DNA of 32,000 bases from Tannockella kyphosi (GCF_021054785.1 NZ_CP088239.1:690001-722000), one strand, 5' to 3'. Positions 7,128 through 15,970 are shown, numbered from the stretch's first letter. Translations and numbers: made by a program. Notes: a model not told the origin generated them from the sequence alone.

Positions 7128-7967
7128 ATGAAAAACTATATTAATAACATAGCAGACAGCATTGAACAGCGAAATTCAGAGCCTAGCGACTATCTAAACG
7201 AAACAGACAACCTCATGTATTGTGGTAAATGTAACACTCCAAAGCAAAAAAGATTGGATAAGCCATTTTTTGACGGAAGAAACATTGTACCCATTCCTTG
7301 TGCGTGTCGCTCTAAGGAAATTGAAGAAGAACGCAGACAAGAAGAACTTAGAAAGCATTTTCAACTGGTGGAAAGACTTAGAGAACAAGGTATCCGAGAT
7401 AAGAAGATGTTGCAGTGGATTTTCAACAATGACACAAGTGATGGCAAGCAGATTGATATTGCAAAGCGATATGTAGAAAACTTTGATAAGATAAAAGCTG
7501 AAAATGCAGGATTACTACTATGGGGAAATGTTGGTACTGGCAAAAGTTTTGTCGCAGGGTGCATTGCCAATGCACTGATCGACAAAGAGGTTTCGGTGCT
7601 TATGACAAACTTTGGTATTATTTTAGCTGATATGATGAATTTACAAATTGATAAAAACGAGTATATTGCAAATCTCAATCGTAAGAGCCTACTCATAATT
7701 GATGATTTTGGAATGGAAAGAGATACTGCATTTGCCCTAGAACAGATTTACAACGTCATAGACAGCCGATACACAGCTTCTAAGCCTTTAATCGTGACAA
7801 CTAACCTAACACTATCAGAAATCGAAAATACAGCCATTCAGACCGATTATAGACGCATATATGACCGAGTGCTAGAGATGTGTGTGCCTATCTTCTTTGA
7901 GGGCGAGAGCAAACGCAAGGACAGAGCAAAGGAAAAATTGAATAAACTGAAAGAAATCTTAGGCTAA
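7128..7967 (+). CDS. DnaC/IstB-like AAA+ ATPase with N-terminal Cys4 zinc ribbon
   Basis: CGKC..(22)..CAC Cys cluster, Walker A GNVGTGKS, Walker B LLIIDDFGMER. The ATG at 7128 aligns with the start of paralog 17596. Confidence 0.8.
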   Translation: MKNYINNIADSIEQRNSEPSDYLNETDNLMYCGKCNTPKQKRLDKPFFDGRNIVPIPCACRSKEIEEERRQEELRKHFQLVERLREQGIRDKKMLQWIFNNDTSDGKQIDIAKRYVENFDKIKAENAGLLLWGNVGTGKSFVAGCIANALIDKEVSVLMTNFGIILADMMNLQIDKNEYIANLNRKSLLIIDDFGMERDTAFALEQIYNVIDSRYTASKPLIVTTNLTLSEIENTAIQTDYRRIYDRVLEMCVPIFFEGESKRKDRAKEKLNKLKEILG

Positions 7968-8008
7968 TGGCTTTTATTGACTACAAAATCAGTAAGAGCC
8001 ATTTTTTT
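7966..8008 (+). terminator. rho-independent terminator
   Basis: An 11-bp stem (7966-7976 with 7993-8003, one G-U pair) is followed by a T-run. An identical copy lies at 18434-18476. Confidence 0.5.
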
Positions 8009-8037
8009 ATGCCCAAATTTAGAAAGGAGCAGACTAT

Positions 8038-8217
8038 ATGACAGAACAAACAGTAAAACCAGTGACCACTTCTCCCCCACAAGGTACATTTACTCACAAG
8101 ATAGGCAATACCACTTATGTTGTAGGTGTTCATTTTAGCAAAACCAGTAAAGAAACTATTGATGATAAAATTGAACGCTTAATCATTCAAGATTTAGAAA
8201 AACAAAGATACTTGTAA
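8038..8217 (+). CDS. tnpW: TnpW-family small protein (59 aa, not in ORF track)
   Basis: ATG after AAAGGAG. The product MTEQTVKPVTTSPPQGTFTHKIGNTTYVVGVHFSKTSKETIDDKIERLIIQDLEKQRYL is TnpW-like, with the (T)Y.V.VHFS.TSKET core. It is the last gene of the element, as in Tn4451. Confidence 0.7.
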   Translation: MTEQTVKPVTTSPPQGTFTHKIGNTTYVVGVHFSKTSKETIDDKIERLIIQDLEKQRYL

Positions 8218-8238
8218 TTCGGTCTTGACAAAACGCAC

Positions 8239-8673
8239 CCTAAAGGGAGTATCGTGATTGAGTGTGGGAAACTCTTACAACGCAAAGGATACAAAATTAA
8301 AATACTGAATACGATTAACTTCAAAAAATCAATGCACTATAACCCTTTTGCCTATATCCGAAGTGAAAAAGATATTTTAAAGTTGGTAACTACTTTAATG
8401 AAAAATACGCAAGGAGAACAAAAAGGTGGTGATGAATTTTGGACAAAAGCTGAAACACTACTGTACACAGCTTTAATCGGTTATATTTGGTACGAAGCTC
8501 CAAAAGAAGAACAAAACTTCAATACCTTGATTGAATTTATCAACGCAAGTGAAGTTCGTGAAGATGATGAAGATTTTAAAAATCCAGTAGATTTGATGTT
8601 TGATAAGCTCGAAGAAAAATCATCACAACACTTTGCTGTAAGGCAATACAAAAAATATAAACTTGCAGCAGGG
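8239..8673 (+). pseudogene. VirD4/TraG-like coupling protein (T4CP), internal fragment between elements A and B
   Basis: The frame is open from 8218 with no plausible N-terminus. It starts inside the (T)DPKG motif and ends ..FAVRQYKKYKLAAG at the element B junction. No Walker A is present, so the N-terminal part must lie upstream of element A. Confidence 0.75.
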
Positions 8674-8750
8674 GATATAAACTGTAATAGTAATCTTAAT
8701 CAATTACAAACAAGAATAGCCACGATAATGGCAGAAAGGAAGTGCTATTT

Positions 8751-8879
8751 ATGGACGATTTTAGAGAATGGTTACGCAAAGAGTGTACTTGTTGGTATCT
8801 TCTATCCCAAGAAGAACAAGACCAGTACTTCTCTCGTTGGTATGACGAAGTGCGTAACAGAAAGGAGAACACATCTTGA
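8751..8879 (+). CDS. small hypothetical protein (42 aa) overlapping the recombinase start
   Basis: MDDFREWLRKECTCWYLLSQEEQDQYFSRWYDEVRNRKENTS. Its TGA overlaps the recombinase TTG (TTGA). The RBS is weak (AAAGGA, 11 nt upstream). It is below the ORF-track size cutoff. Confidence 0.3.
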   Translation: MDDFREWLRKECTCWYLLSQEEQDQYFSRWYDEVRNRKENTS

Positions 8880-10732
8880 AAACGCAAATTACTGCACTGT
8901 ATGAGCGACTATCTCGTGATGATGAACAGCAAGGCGAAAGTAATTCTATCTCCAATCAAAAGCAAATGCTAGAAGATTATGCTTTAAAGAATGGTTTTGA
9001 TAACATTCGTCACTTTACAGATGATGGCTTTAGTGGTACTCGTTTTGATAGACCTGCTTTTTTAGATTTGCTAGAAGAAATTGAGCAAGGCAATGTTAAG
9101 ACTGTCTGCCTAAAAGATATGAGCCGAATTGGTCGTGATTATCTGCAAGTTGGGCAGTATATGGAGCTGTTACGACAACGTGGTGTAAGGCTTATTGCCA
9201 TCAATGACAATGTAGATAGCTTCAAGGGTGAGGACGATTTTACCCCCTTTAGAAACGTAATGAATGAGTTTTATGCAAGGGACACAAGCCGAAAAATTCG
9301 CTCTGTATTCCAAGCAAAAGGCAAAAGTGGTAAAAGGGTATCAAGTGCTATTCCCTATGGATATTTAAAAGACCCAAATGACAAGCATAAAATCATTATT
9401 GATGAAGTCGCTGCACCGATAGTAATGCGAATATTTCAAATGACTTTAGAGGGAAAGGGTCCATATCAGATTACAAAGATACTAGAGAATGAGTGTGTTC
9501 CAATACCTGCCTATCATCATCAAAAGTTAGGGATTGGCTTATGGAAAACACGAGAAATTCAATATCCTTATCGGTGGACAAGTTCCACAATCGCCAATAT
9601 ATTAAAACGTCAAGAATACTTAGGGCATACAGTGAATTTCAGAACACGCAAGCATTTCAAGGATAAAAAGAGTCATTATGTAGACGAGCAACACTGGTTA
9701 ATCTTTGAGAATACCCACGAGCCGATTATTGACCAAATCACTTATGAAAATGTGCAAAGAATACGCAGTAATGTCAAGAGATACCCTAACGGATGGGGCG
9801 AGGTAAATCCATTTACTGGACTACTCTATTGTGCTGATTGTGGTGCAAAACTTCATGGGCATAGGAATTGCAATAACAAGCCAGTTACATACTATGTATG
9901 TGCAAGTTATGGCAAACTTCCAGTAGGTACTTATTGTGCAAGTGGACATCGTATCAAAGAAGAAAACTTATTTGAATTGCTTAGAGAAACACTCAAAGGC
10001 ATCAAGAAAACCATTGATGATGATACAGCAACTTTTACTCTTGAAGTGCAAGAACGACTTGCAAATAAGCAGAATAAAGATGTTAAGGAGCAACAAAAAA
10101 GGCTTGCTATATGTAACAAACGATTAAGCGAATTGGAGCTACTTATTTCTCGTATTTATGAGGATAATATTTTTGGAAGATTGAATGATAAGAGGTATTA
10201 CACCCTTAACAATCAATACGAAAAAGAGCAACAAGAACTGGAAGAAGAAATCAAGCAATTAAGCGAGGTGGTATCTGCATTTGAAAGTGGTAAAAATGGA
10301 GCGAAACAGTTTGTTGATTTAATGGCAAAATATGATACTTTTGATGAACTCAATATTAAAATGATAAATGAGTTTGTAGAAAAAATCATTGTGCATGAAC
10401 GTGACCGAAAAGGTAGACAAGACACCACTCAAAGCATTGATATTTATTTCAATTTCATAGGACAGTTTGAATTAGAGTCAAAGCCTATGACAGATGAAGA
10501 ACTTGCAGAACAAAAGAAAATAGAAGAACGTAAAGACCGACTTCATCGCAATTATTTAAGGCGAAAAGAAAACGGAAGTCAAAAGGCTTGGGAAGAAAAA
10601 TACAAAGCAAAAAAACTTGCAAGAAAATCAGAACTTCAAGAGGAACTGCCACCTAAAGCAGGCATACCATTTGAAGAATACAAAGAAAGCATTCAAGATG
10701 AACAATTAGAAAGTAGGTACAATTATGTGTGA
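8876..10732 (+). CDS. large serine recombinase (element B)
   Basis: TTG start lies 8 nt after AAAGGAG. The catalytic N-terminus is ALYERLSRDDEQQGESNSISNQ. It also has a recombinase domain, a zinc-ribbon CADCGAKLH...YYVCASY, a coiled coil and a DUF4368-like tail. Confidence 0.9.
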   Translation: MKTQITALYERLSRDDEQQGESNSISNQKQMLEDYALKNGFDNIRHFTDDGFSGTRFDRPAFLDLLEEIEQGNVKTVCLKDMSRIGRDYLQVGQYMELLRQRGVRLIAINDNVDSFKGEDDFTPFRNVMNEFYARDTSRKIRSVFQAKGKSGKRVSSAIPYGYLKDPNDKHKIIIDEVAAPIVMRIFQMTLEGKGPYQITKILENECVPIPAYHHQKLGIGLWKTREIQYPYRWTSSTIANILKRQEYLGHTVNFRTRKHFKDKKSHYVDEQHWLIFENTHEPIIDQITYENVQRIRSNVKRYPNGWGEVNPFTGLLYCADCGAKLHGHRNCNNKPVTYYVCASYGKLPVGTYCASGHRIKEENLFELLRETLKGIKKTIDDDTATFTLEVQERLANKQNKDVKEQQKRLAICNKRLSELELLISRIYEDNIFGRLNDKRYYTLNNQYEKEQQELEEEIKQLSEVVSAFESGKNGAKQFVDLMAKYDTFDELNIKMINEFVEKIIVHERDRKGRQDTTQSIDIYFNFIGQFELESKPMTDEELAEQKKIEERKDRLHRNYLRRKENGSQKAWEEKYKAKKLARKSELQEELPPKAGIPFEEYKESIQDEQLESRYNYV

Positions 10733-11024
10733 TGTAGTATTAAAGGCAATATTTAATGGCGATATTCTCCCCTGGGAACAAAAAATTTCACGTTCTCCAA
10801 TCTATAAAGAATTGAGTAAGAAAATCGAAAAAGAGCGAGAGTTTTTTATGCGTGATATGAGCAAAGAGGAAAAAAATCGCTTTGATGATTACCATTGCTT
10901 GTTAATGGAACGCAATAGCGAAGAATTTAATAATTGTATGTTCCAAAACTTTATGCTTGGTATCTCTGTAGGAATGGAAGTCATAGAGGGAAAGCAAAAG
11001 ATAATTGAAGATTATGGAGTATGA
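10725..11024 (+). CDS. hypothetical protein occupying the tnpV position
   Basis: 99 aa. It overlaps the recombinase stop by 8 nt. I see no similarity to the TnpV copies in this window. Confidence 0.5.
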   Translation: MCDVVLKAIFNGDILPWEQKISRSPIYKELSKKIEKEREFFMRDMSKEEKNRFDDYHCLLMERNSEEFNNCMFQNFMLGISVGMEVIEGKQKIIEDYGV

Positions 11025-11030
11025 CAATGA

Positions 11031-11065
11031 GAGGTCGAGATCTTAACAGATTACGACCTCTTTTT
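11031..11065 (+). terminator. rho-independent terminator (copy of 1075-1109)
   Basis: Identical GAGGTCG...CGACCTC stem followed by TTTTT. Confidence 0.6.
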
Positions 11066-11096
11066 CTATCAAATTTTAATAAAGGAGCTTAAAGAA

Positions 11097-11396
11097 ATGG
11101 CAAAAAAATCAGTCATAGAACAAATCAAAGATACCCAAGAAGAAATCAATATTTTACAAGTGCAGAAGAAACAGCAGGAACATCAATTAGAGAAACACCA
11201 AGCGAGGGAACGAGAAAAAGAACGCAAAGAACGTACTCGCAAAAAGATTGAACGTGGTGCAATTATAGACAGTATGAACCCACAAATAGCGAGCTTGACT
11301 AATCAGCAGTTAAAGGTATTCTTGCAACAAGTATTGCAGAGTGAACGAGCATTACATTTGCTTAGTAAAATGACGGAAACCGAAAATGTGGGATAA
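11097..11396 (+). CDS. DUF3847-type small coiled-coil protein
   Basis: 99 aa, with one substitution relative to 1141-1440. Confidence 0.75.
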   Translation: MAKKSVIEQIKDTQEEINILQVQKKQQEHQLEKHQAREREKERKERTRKKIERGAIIDSMNPQIASLTNQQLKVFLQQVLQSERALHLLSKMTETENVG

Positions 11397-11546
11397 CTCC
11401 CTTGGTTACAAGGGCGCACTTATACACCATTTACAATGGTGCGTGCGTTCTGCGATGCAATGGGGAGCTACTCTCCCCAAACCCCTAGTGTACTTTACGA
11501 AACCGACTACACCTTGCGAGGTGTAGTCATTTTCATAAAGTCTGAT
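11397..11546 (-). other. MobQ-type oriT (second copy)
   Basis: Same inverted repeat (11425-11441) and the same TAAGTGCGCCCT core on the minus strand (plus-strand 11410-11422). Confidence 0.7.
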
Positions 11547-11565
11547 AAATCGAAAGGAGCAACTT

Positions 11566-13023
11566 ATGGCTATTTATCATTGTGCAATCAAAGTGATTAG
11601 TAGAGGAAAAGGCAAGTCTGCTGTTGCTTCATCTGCATATCGTAGTGGCTCTAAAATAACCAATGAATATGATGGAGAAACGCATGACTACACGCACAAA
11701 GGTGGTATTTATTCCAGTTGTATTTTACTACCCTCTCATGCCCCTGAAGAGTATACAGACCATAGCACTTTATGGAACGCAGTAGAGAAAATTGAAAAGG
11801 CAAAAAACAGTCAACTGGCAAGAGAAATTGAAGTATCAATACCGAAAGAAATCCCCTCACATCTATGGAAAAAAATGATGATTGATTATTGCAATGCTAA
11901 CTTTGTTTCAAAGGGTATGATTGCTGATTTGTCTATTCATAACAAAGACCCTAGCAACCCTCATTGCCATATCATGTTGACTATGCGACTTATAGAACAA
12001 GATGGAAAATGGGGAGCAAAATCACGCAAGATTTATGACCTTGACGAGAACGGACAGCGAATAAAACTTGCAAGTGGTAACTGGAAATCCCATAAACAAG
12101 ATACTACTGATTGGAACGAACAAACCAATGCAGAACTTTGGAGAGCAAACTGGAGTGAACATTGCAATCTCTACCTTGAACAATTAGGATACAGAGAACG
12201 TATCGACCACCGAAGTTATGAAAGACAAGGTGTTGACCAAATCCCATCTATCCATCTAGGAGTACAGGCAAGCCAAATGGAGCAAAAAGGAATTGTTACT
12301 GAAAGAGGAAATATCAACCGACAAATTGCAGAGGATAACAAGGAAAGTAAGATAATTAGGGCGAGAATTTCAAGGCTTATGAAGTGGCAACGAGAATTAA
12401 AAGCCAAGCCTTTAGACCTTGAAAAAGCAGACGTAAGAGCTTCTGTTATGGATAAATTACAAGCCAATAATGTTGTGGTAAAAAATCAATATCAAAGCCT
12501 TAAAGACCTTAAATCCAATGTGAGTGTATGGAACTTTATGCAGACACATAACATTCAAACAATGCAAGATTTTGCAAGTAAAATCAGCGAGCTAAACTCT
12601 AGTTTTTATACCATCAAACGAGAGCAGGCAGGTATTAAAAAGAAGATAGAAAACCTTGATAAACGATTAGAACTTTGGAGTGAATATCAAAAGTTAAGTC
12701 CTACTATAAAGCAGTACAATTCCCTAAAAGGCAAGGCAAAAGAACAGTTTTATAGCAAGCATAGAACAGAAATTGAACGTGTGCAAGAAATCGCAAATTC
12801 ATTGCAGAAATATGCAAATACTAAAGGAAAAATTAGTGTATCAGATTGGAGAAAGGAACACAGTTCTCTTATGCAAGATATTTCTTTGTGCGAGTGGAAA
12901 TTGAAAGCATTAAAACAAGAAATCGGTAATGCCGAAAAGGTGCAAAAGATACTAGAAGAAGAAAGAACTGGTGCAGATGTTCCAAAGCCAACTAAAGAGC
13001 GAGTGACGGAAACATCATTGTAG
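11566..13023 (+). CDS. MobQ-family relaxase (second copy)
   Basis: 485 aa, with 18 substitutions relative to 1610-3067. Tyr25 and the HNKDPSNPHCH motif are conserved. Confidence 0.9.
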   Translation: MAIYHCAIKVISRGKGKSAVASSAYRSGSKITNEYDGETHDYTHKGGIYSSCILLPSHAPEEYTDHSTLWNAVEKIEKAKNSQLAREIEVSIPKEIPSHLWKKMMIDYCNANFVSKGMIADLSIHNKDPSNPHCHIMLTMRLIEQDGKWGAKSRKIYDLDENGQRIKLASGNWKSHKQDTTDWNEQTNAELWRANWSEHCNLYLEQLGYRERIDHRSYERQGVDQIPSIHLGVQASQMEQKGIVTERGNINRQIAEDNKESKIIRARISRLMKWQRELKAKPLDLEKADVRASVMDKLQANNVVVKNQYQSLKDLKSNVSVWNFMQTHNIQTMQDFASKISELNSSFYTIKREQAGIKKKIENLDKRLELWSEYQKLSPTIKQYNSLKGKAKEQFYSKHRTEIERVQEIANSLQKYANTKGKISVSDWRKEHSSLMQDISLCEWKLKALKQEIGNAEKVQKILEEERTGADVPKPTKERVTETSL

Positions 13024-13052
13024 AAGTTGACAGCTTTTGGGTGTTTTATCAA

Positions 13053-13082
13053 TAGACTTTTCGTGCAAAGGTATGGTATAAT
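13053..13082 (+). promoter_or_regulatory. sigma-A-type promoter with extended -10, reading into the cargo
   Basis: TAGACT is followed by an 18 nt spacer whose last three nt are TGG, then TATAAT (13077-13082). It is positionally identical to 3097-3126. Confidence 0.45.
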
Positions 13083-13177
13083 TTTTACGAGTTAAAGATT
13101 ATTTTCATAATTTCTTGGCTTATAGAATTTACTAAAGAATGTACAGAATTTATATAATAGAAATGAGGTGTTAAAAT

Positions 13178-13477
13178 ATGATGTATGTTGTCATAAGTAT
13201 TATTTTAGGTTTAGGAGCTTGGTTATTACCATTAATAAATTTAATACAACAAAAGTATGATGAAAAATTCAACGGAATAAATGGATACTTGTCAATTGTT
13301 AGTTTTACTCTATGTTTAATGTCTATCTACTTCCAAATTCTACTAATGAAAAGTTATGGAGATGAATGGATTTTGGTTATAGACGCATTAGGTGCATTAA
13401 CTTTTGCAATGCCAGTTTTAATAGTCATAACAATTATTTTGAATTTATTAATAATAAAAAAATGCAATAAACGATAA
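13178..13477 (+). CDS. small membrane protein (99 aa, ~3 TM), unknown function
   Basis: GAGGTG RBS lies 7 nt upstream. Hydrophobic segments are VVISIILGLGAWLLPLI, LSIVSFTLCLMSIYFQILL and ALGALTFAMPVLIVITIILNLLI. Confidence 0.6.
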   Translation: MMYVVISIILGLGAWLLPLINLIQQKYDEKFNGINGYLSIVSFTLCLMSIYFQILLMKSYGDEWILVIDALGALTFAMPVLIVITIILNLLIIKKCNKR

Positions 13478-13808
13478 CTTGTATATTTATTATGAGTAGT
13501 AAGTTATCCGAGCTTTCTAGATAAACAAAGAGAGTACTTCGTTTTTTGAAGCACTCTCTAAATTTGTCTCAACCTAAATGAAAGGTTGGATAACTGTCAT
13601 TGAACTTAACCGCCGGAAATAGCCGATACACTATGGGGAAAGCAATTATCTTCTCCATGCTATTTTACGGATAAGCAGTATTATAAATCAGAAAAATGAG
13701 TGAGAAACCTATCTTTTTATACTGATTTTTAGTAAAATGGGCATAGCAAAGCTAACCTGACCTTAAATCAGATTTTATAAAAAGATGGGGATCTTTCGAA
13801 TATTCAGT

Positions 13809-14897
13809 TTAGGCAGTAAGTGGAGGAGCTAATCCCATACGGATTATTCCATCATATCCACAGCTTTTGCAAACAGTAGGTTTTCTACCAAGGAGTTTGA
13901 TTAATAATTCCTCTGTAGAGAGCCTTTTGCTTTCTGTAAATGTATTTGTCATCGCTTTACAAAGTGGCAGTTTTAATTGTTTTCCACGACTAGAGAGAAA
14001 TCCAAAATGTCGTATCTTCATGAATCCTTGTGGCAGGATATGCATTAAGAATCTACGGATAAATTCAATCGCAGTAAGTGTCATTTCCTTCCACCTGTTA
14101 CAATCAGAATAATCTCGCCATTTAAACGTAACATTTCCTCCTTTAAGTTTTAGGATTCTGTTATTTGAGATAGCAATTCGATGTGTGTACCTACCGAGAT
14201 ATTCCACTACACATGCTGCTGTTTTAAAAGGTGGCTTACAGTAAACAATCCATTCTTTGTTATAACAAATATTCAATATATCCTTTGAAATATCGGGCTT
14301 CAATTCTTTTAGTAATGCAAGATATTTACCACGAAACTTACGTGATAGAACTTTTACAGGTAAGAAAAACTTTTTCTTGGAGTTAATCCAAAAGCCTTGT
14401 TTGGATAGACCACCAGCTGGAATAATACAGTGTAAATGCGGATGGAAAGAAAGATTTTGTCCCCATGTATGAAGCACTCCAGTAAAACCAATATCAGCAC
14501 CAAGATATTCACTATCTCTAGTGAGTTCTCTTAATGTTTCTTTTACACATCGAAATAATAGGTTGTAGCAATCACGTTGATTAGCATATATAGTAGTATT
14601 TAATTCAGCAGGAACTGTAAATACCACATGAAAATATCCAACATTTAGTAAATCCATTTTTCTAGCATCAATCCATTTTTCCTTGGATAACGTTTGACAT
14701 TTGGGACAATGTCTGTTGCGACAAGAATTATAGGATTGACTGACTTCGCCACAACTAGGACACACATCCATATGTCCACCAAGTTTTGCAGTACGACAAT
14801 CAGAAATAGCATGAATTGCTTTATACTGAACATTGGATGGATGATGGGAGATTAAATAGTCTTGCATATGAGCAAGAAAGATATCTTGTATTTCCAT
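13809..14897 (-). CDS. IS91-family HUH Y2 transposase
   Basis: N-terminal zinc-binding domain (CRTAKLGGHMDVCPSCG...CRNRHCPKCQ), HUH-like HTWGQNLSFHPHLHCIIPAGG, and the C-terminal Tyr region YLGRYTHRIAISN. Confidence 0.85.
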   Translation of the reverse strand: MEIQDIFLAHMQDYLISHHPSNVQYKAIHAISDCRTAKLGGHMDVCPSCGEVSQSYNSCRNRHCPKCQTLSKEKWIDARKMDLLNVGYFHVVFTVPAELNTTIYANQRDCYNLLFRCVKETLRELTRDSEYLGADIGFTGVLHTWGQNLSFHPHLHCIIPAGGLSKQGFWINSKKKFFLPVKVLSRKFRGKYLALLKELKPDISKDILNICYNKEWIVYCKPPFKTAACVVEYLGRYTHRIAISNNRILKLKGGNVTFKWRDYSDCNRWKEMTLTAIEFIRRFLMHILPQGFMKIRHFGFLSSRGKQLKLPLCKAMTNTFTESKRLSTEELLIKLLGRKPTVCKSCGYDGIIRMGLAPPLTA

Positions 14898-15793
14898 TAT
14901 TTATTACCTTTGGACTTTCTTTTGGTTTCTTTCTCCATAAGTTTGTCTAAAGGGCTTTTAGTTTTCATAACATCGGTCATTGAAATTCTCAGATATCGCA
15001 TGGTAGTCCAAAGAGTGGCATGACCAAGGATTTTCTGTATGTAGAATACATTAACACCGTCTTCCATAAGATGGGTAGCATAGCTATGACGAAGTGTATG
15101 TACCGTTCCATAAGTAGGAATTCTACCTCTTATATGGTATCGTTTAAAAGCATCTTGAATAGCACGTTCAGAAATAGGTGCATCACCACAGCCATTAATA
15201 CCATTTAAGAATAAATATCCATCTGGATGTTTCGGTTTATATTCAAGATAGTAGGTACATAAATCATCGTAGGCAAATTTAGAAAGAGGAACCCAACGAT
15301 CTCGCTGCCCTTTACCTTGATAAACGAATAATCGCATCTGCTGTTTATCAATATCTTTAATACGGAGATGACGAACTTCAGATAATCTTAAACCACATCC
15401 ATAAGTTAGAGAAAAAATAGCTTTGTAGCGTGTACTGTCATCGATTGCTTCTAAAAACCATAAAACTTCTTGTCGTGTAAACGCAACAGGCACTTTAATA
15501 GGATCTTTCTTGCGAGGTAATCTTCGATAACAAAGTGTTTGTTCTAGTGTTACTTCAAAGAAAAATCGTAAAGCACTATTGTATACATTCATAGTCGAGG
15601 GTTGAATATTCGCTTCCTTGTCTAAATATTCAAGATAAATACGAAAATCATTTTCACAAAGTTCTTCAATAGGTTTATTGAAGTGTTGTAGGAATTTTCG
15701 TGCTTTTGTTTGATATTCTAACATGGTATGAGGGCTCATTCCTCTTAATTGAATATCAGTTTCCAGTTTCTTCAATGCTTCTTCATGTGTCAT
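14897..15793 (-). CDS. tyrosine recombinase associated with the IS91-family transposase
   Basis: The start MTHEEALKKL follows AAGGAG. The track extension to 15988 has no RBS. Catalytic signature is GLRLSEV ... HTLRHSYATHL ... LGHATLWTTMRYL. Confidence 0.8.
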   Translation of the reverse strand: MTHEEALKKLETDIQLRGMSPHTMLEYQTKARKFLQHFNKPIEELCENDFRIYLEYLDKEANIQPSTMNVYNSALRFFFEVTLEQTLCYRRLPRKKDPIKVPVAFTRQEVLWFLEAIDDSTRYKAIFSLTYGCGLRLSEVRHLRIKDIDKQQMRLFVYQGKGQRDRWVPLSKFAYDDLCTYYLEYKPKHPDGYLFLNGINGCGDAPISERAIQDAFKRYHIRGRIPTYGTVHTLRHSYATHLMEDGVNVFYIQKILGHATLWTTMRYLRISMTDVMKTKSPLDKLMEKETKRKSKGNK

Positions 15794-15970
15794 AATAAAA
15801 ATCTCCTTTAAATTTGTATTTGTAGTTTTGCTACATTTACATTTTAAAGGAGAACGTGTAGAATGAGAAGAAAAGAGCCACCGCGTAGGCGGTTTAGTTC
15901 TATGAGCATAATATTTATGCATCGTAAAAAAGAAGTACGAATAAAATTTATATACTGGAAAGAGGTTATC

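Larger units (their letters stand above)
1..8240 (+). mobile_element. Tn4451-like serine-recombinase integrative mobilizable element A (left end is upstream of the window)
   Basis: Gene order is serine recombinase, TnpV, DUF3847, MobQ relaxase plus oriT, cargo, replication module, TnpW. This is the same architecture as element B. About 10 nt after a terminal TTGACA (8225-8230), a VirD4-like reading frame resumes mid-protein (..PKGSIV..). Confidence 0.6.
11025..13082 (+). repeat. 2.06 kb direct repeat, copy 2
   Basis: See 1068-3126. Confidence 0.9.
13500..15960 (-). mobile_element. IS91-family insertion sequence of the subgroup carrying an upstream tyrosine-recombinase ORF (boundaries not determined)
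   Basis: It is the only minus-strand block in the window. The integrase stop and transposase start overlap as TAATG. It interrupts the cargo region of element B. IS91-type elements lack clear inverted repeats, so the ends are only approximate. Confidence 0.5.

Noticed and set aside
7222-7476. Alternative-frame and antisense ORFs inside the DnaC-like, VirB4, VirB6, TopB and recombinase genes (for example 7222-7476, 22060-22374, 20157-20483, 29363-29563, 9936-10127)
   Set aside because: All are embedded in longer ORFs with clear family motifs, lack an RBS and have low-complexity composition.
8254-8904. 216-aa ORF in the track that looks like one gene
   Set aside because: It is a chimera. The first ~140 codons are an internal T4CP fragment and the rest is read-through into the left end of element B. 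It has a GTG start with no RBS.
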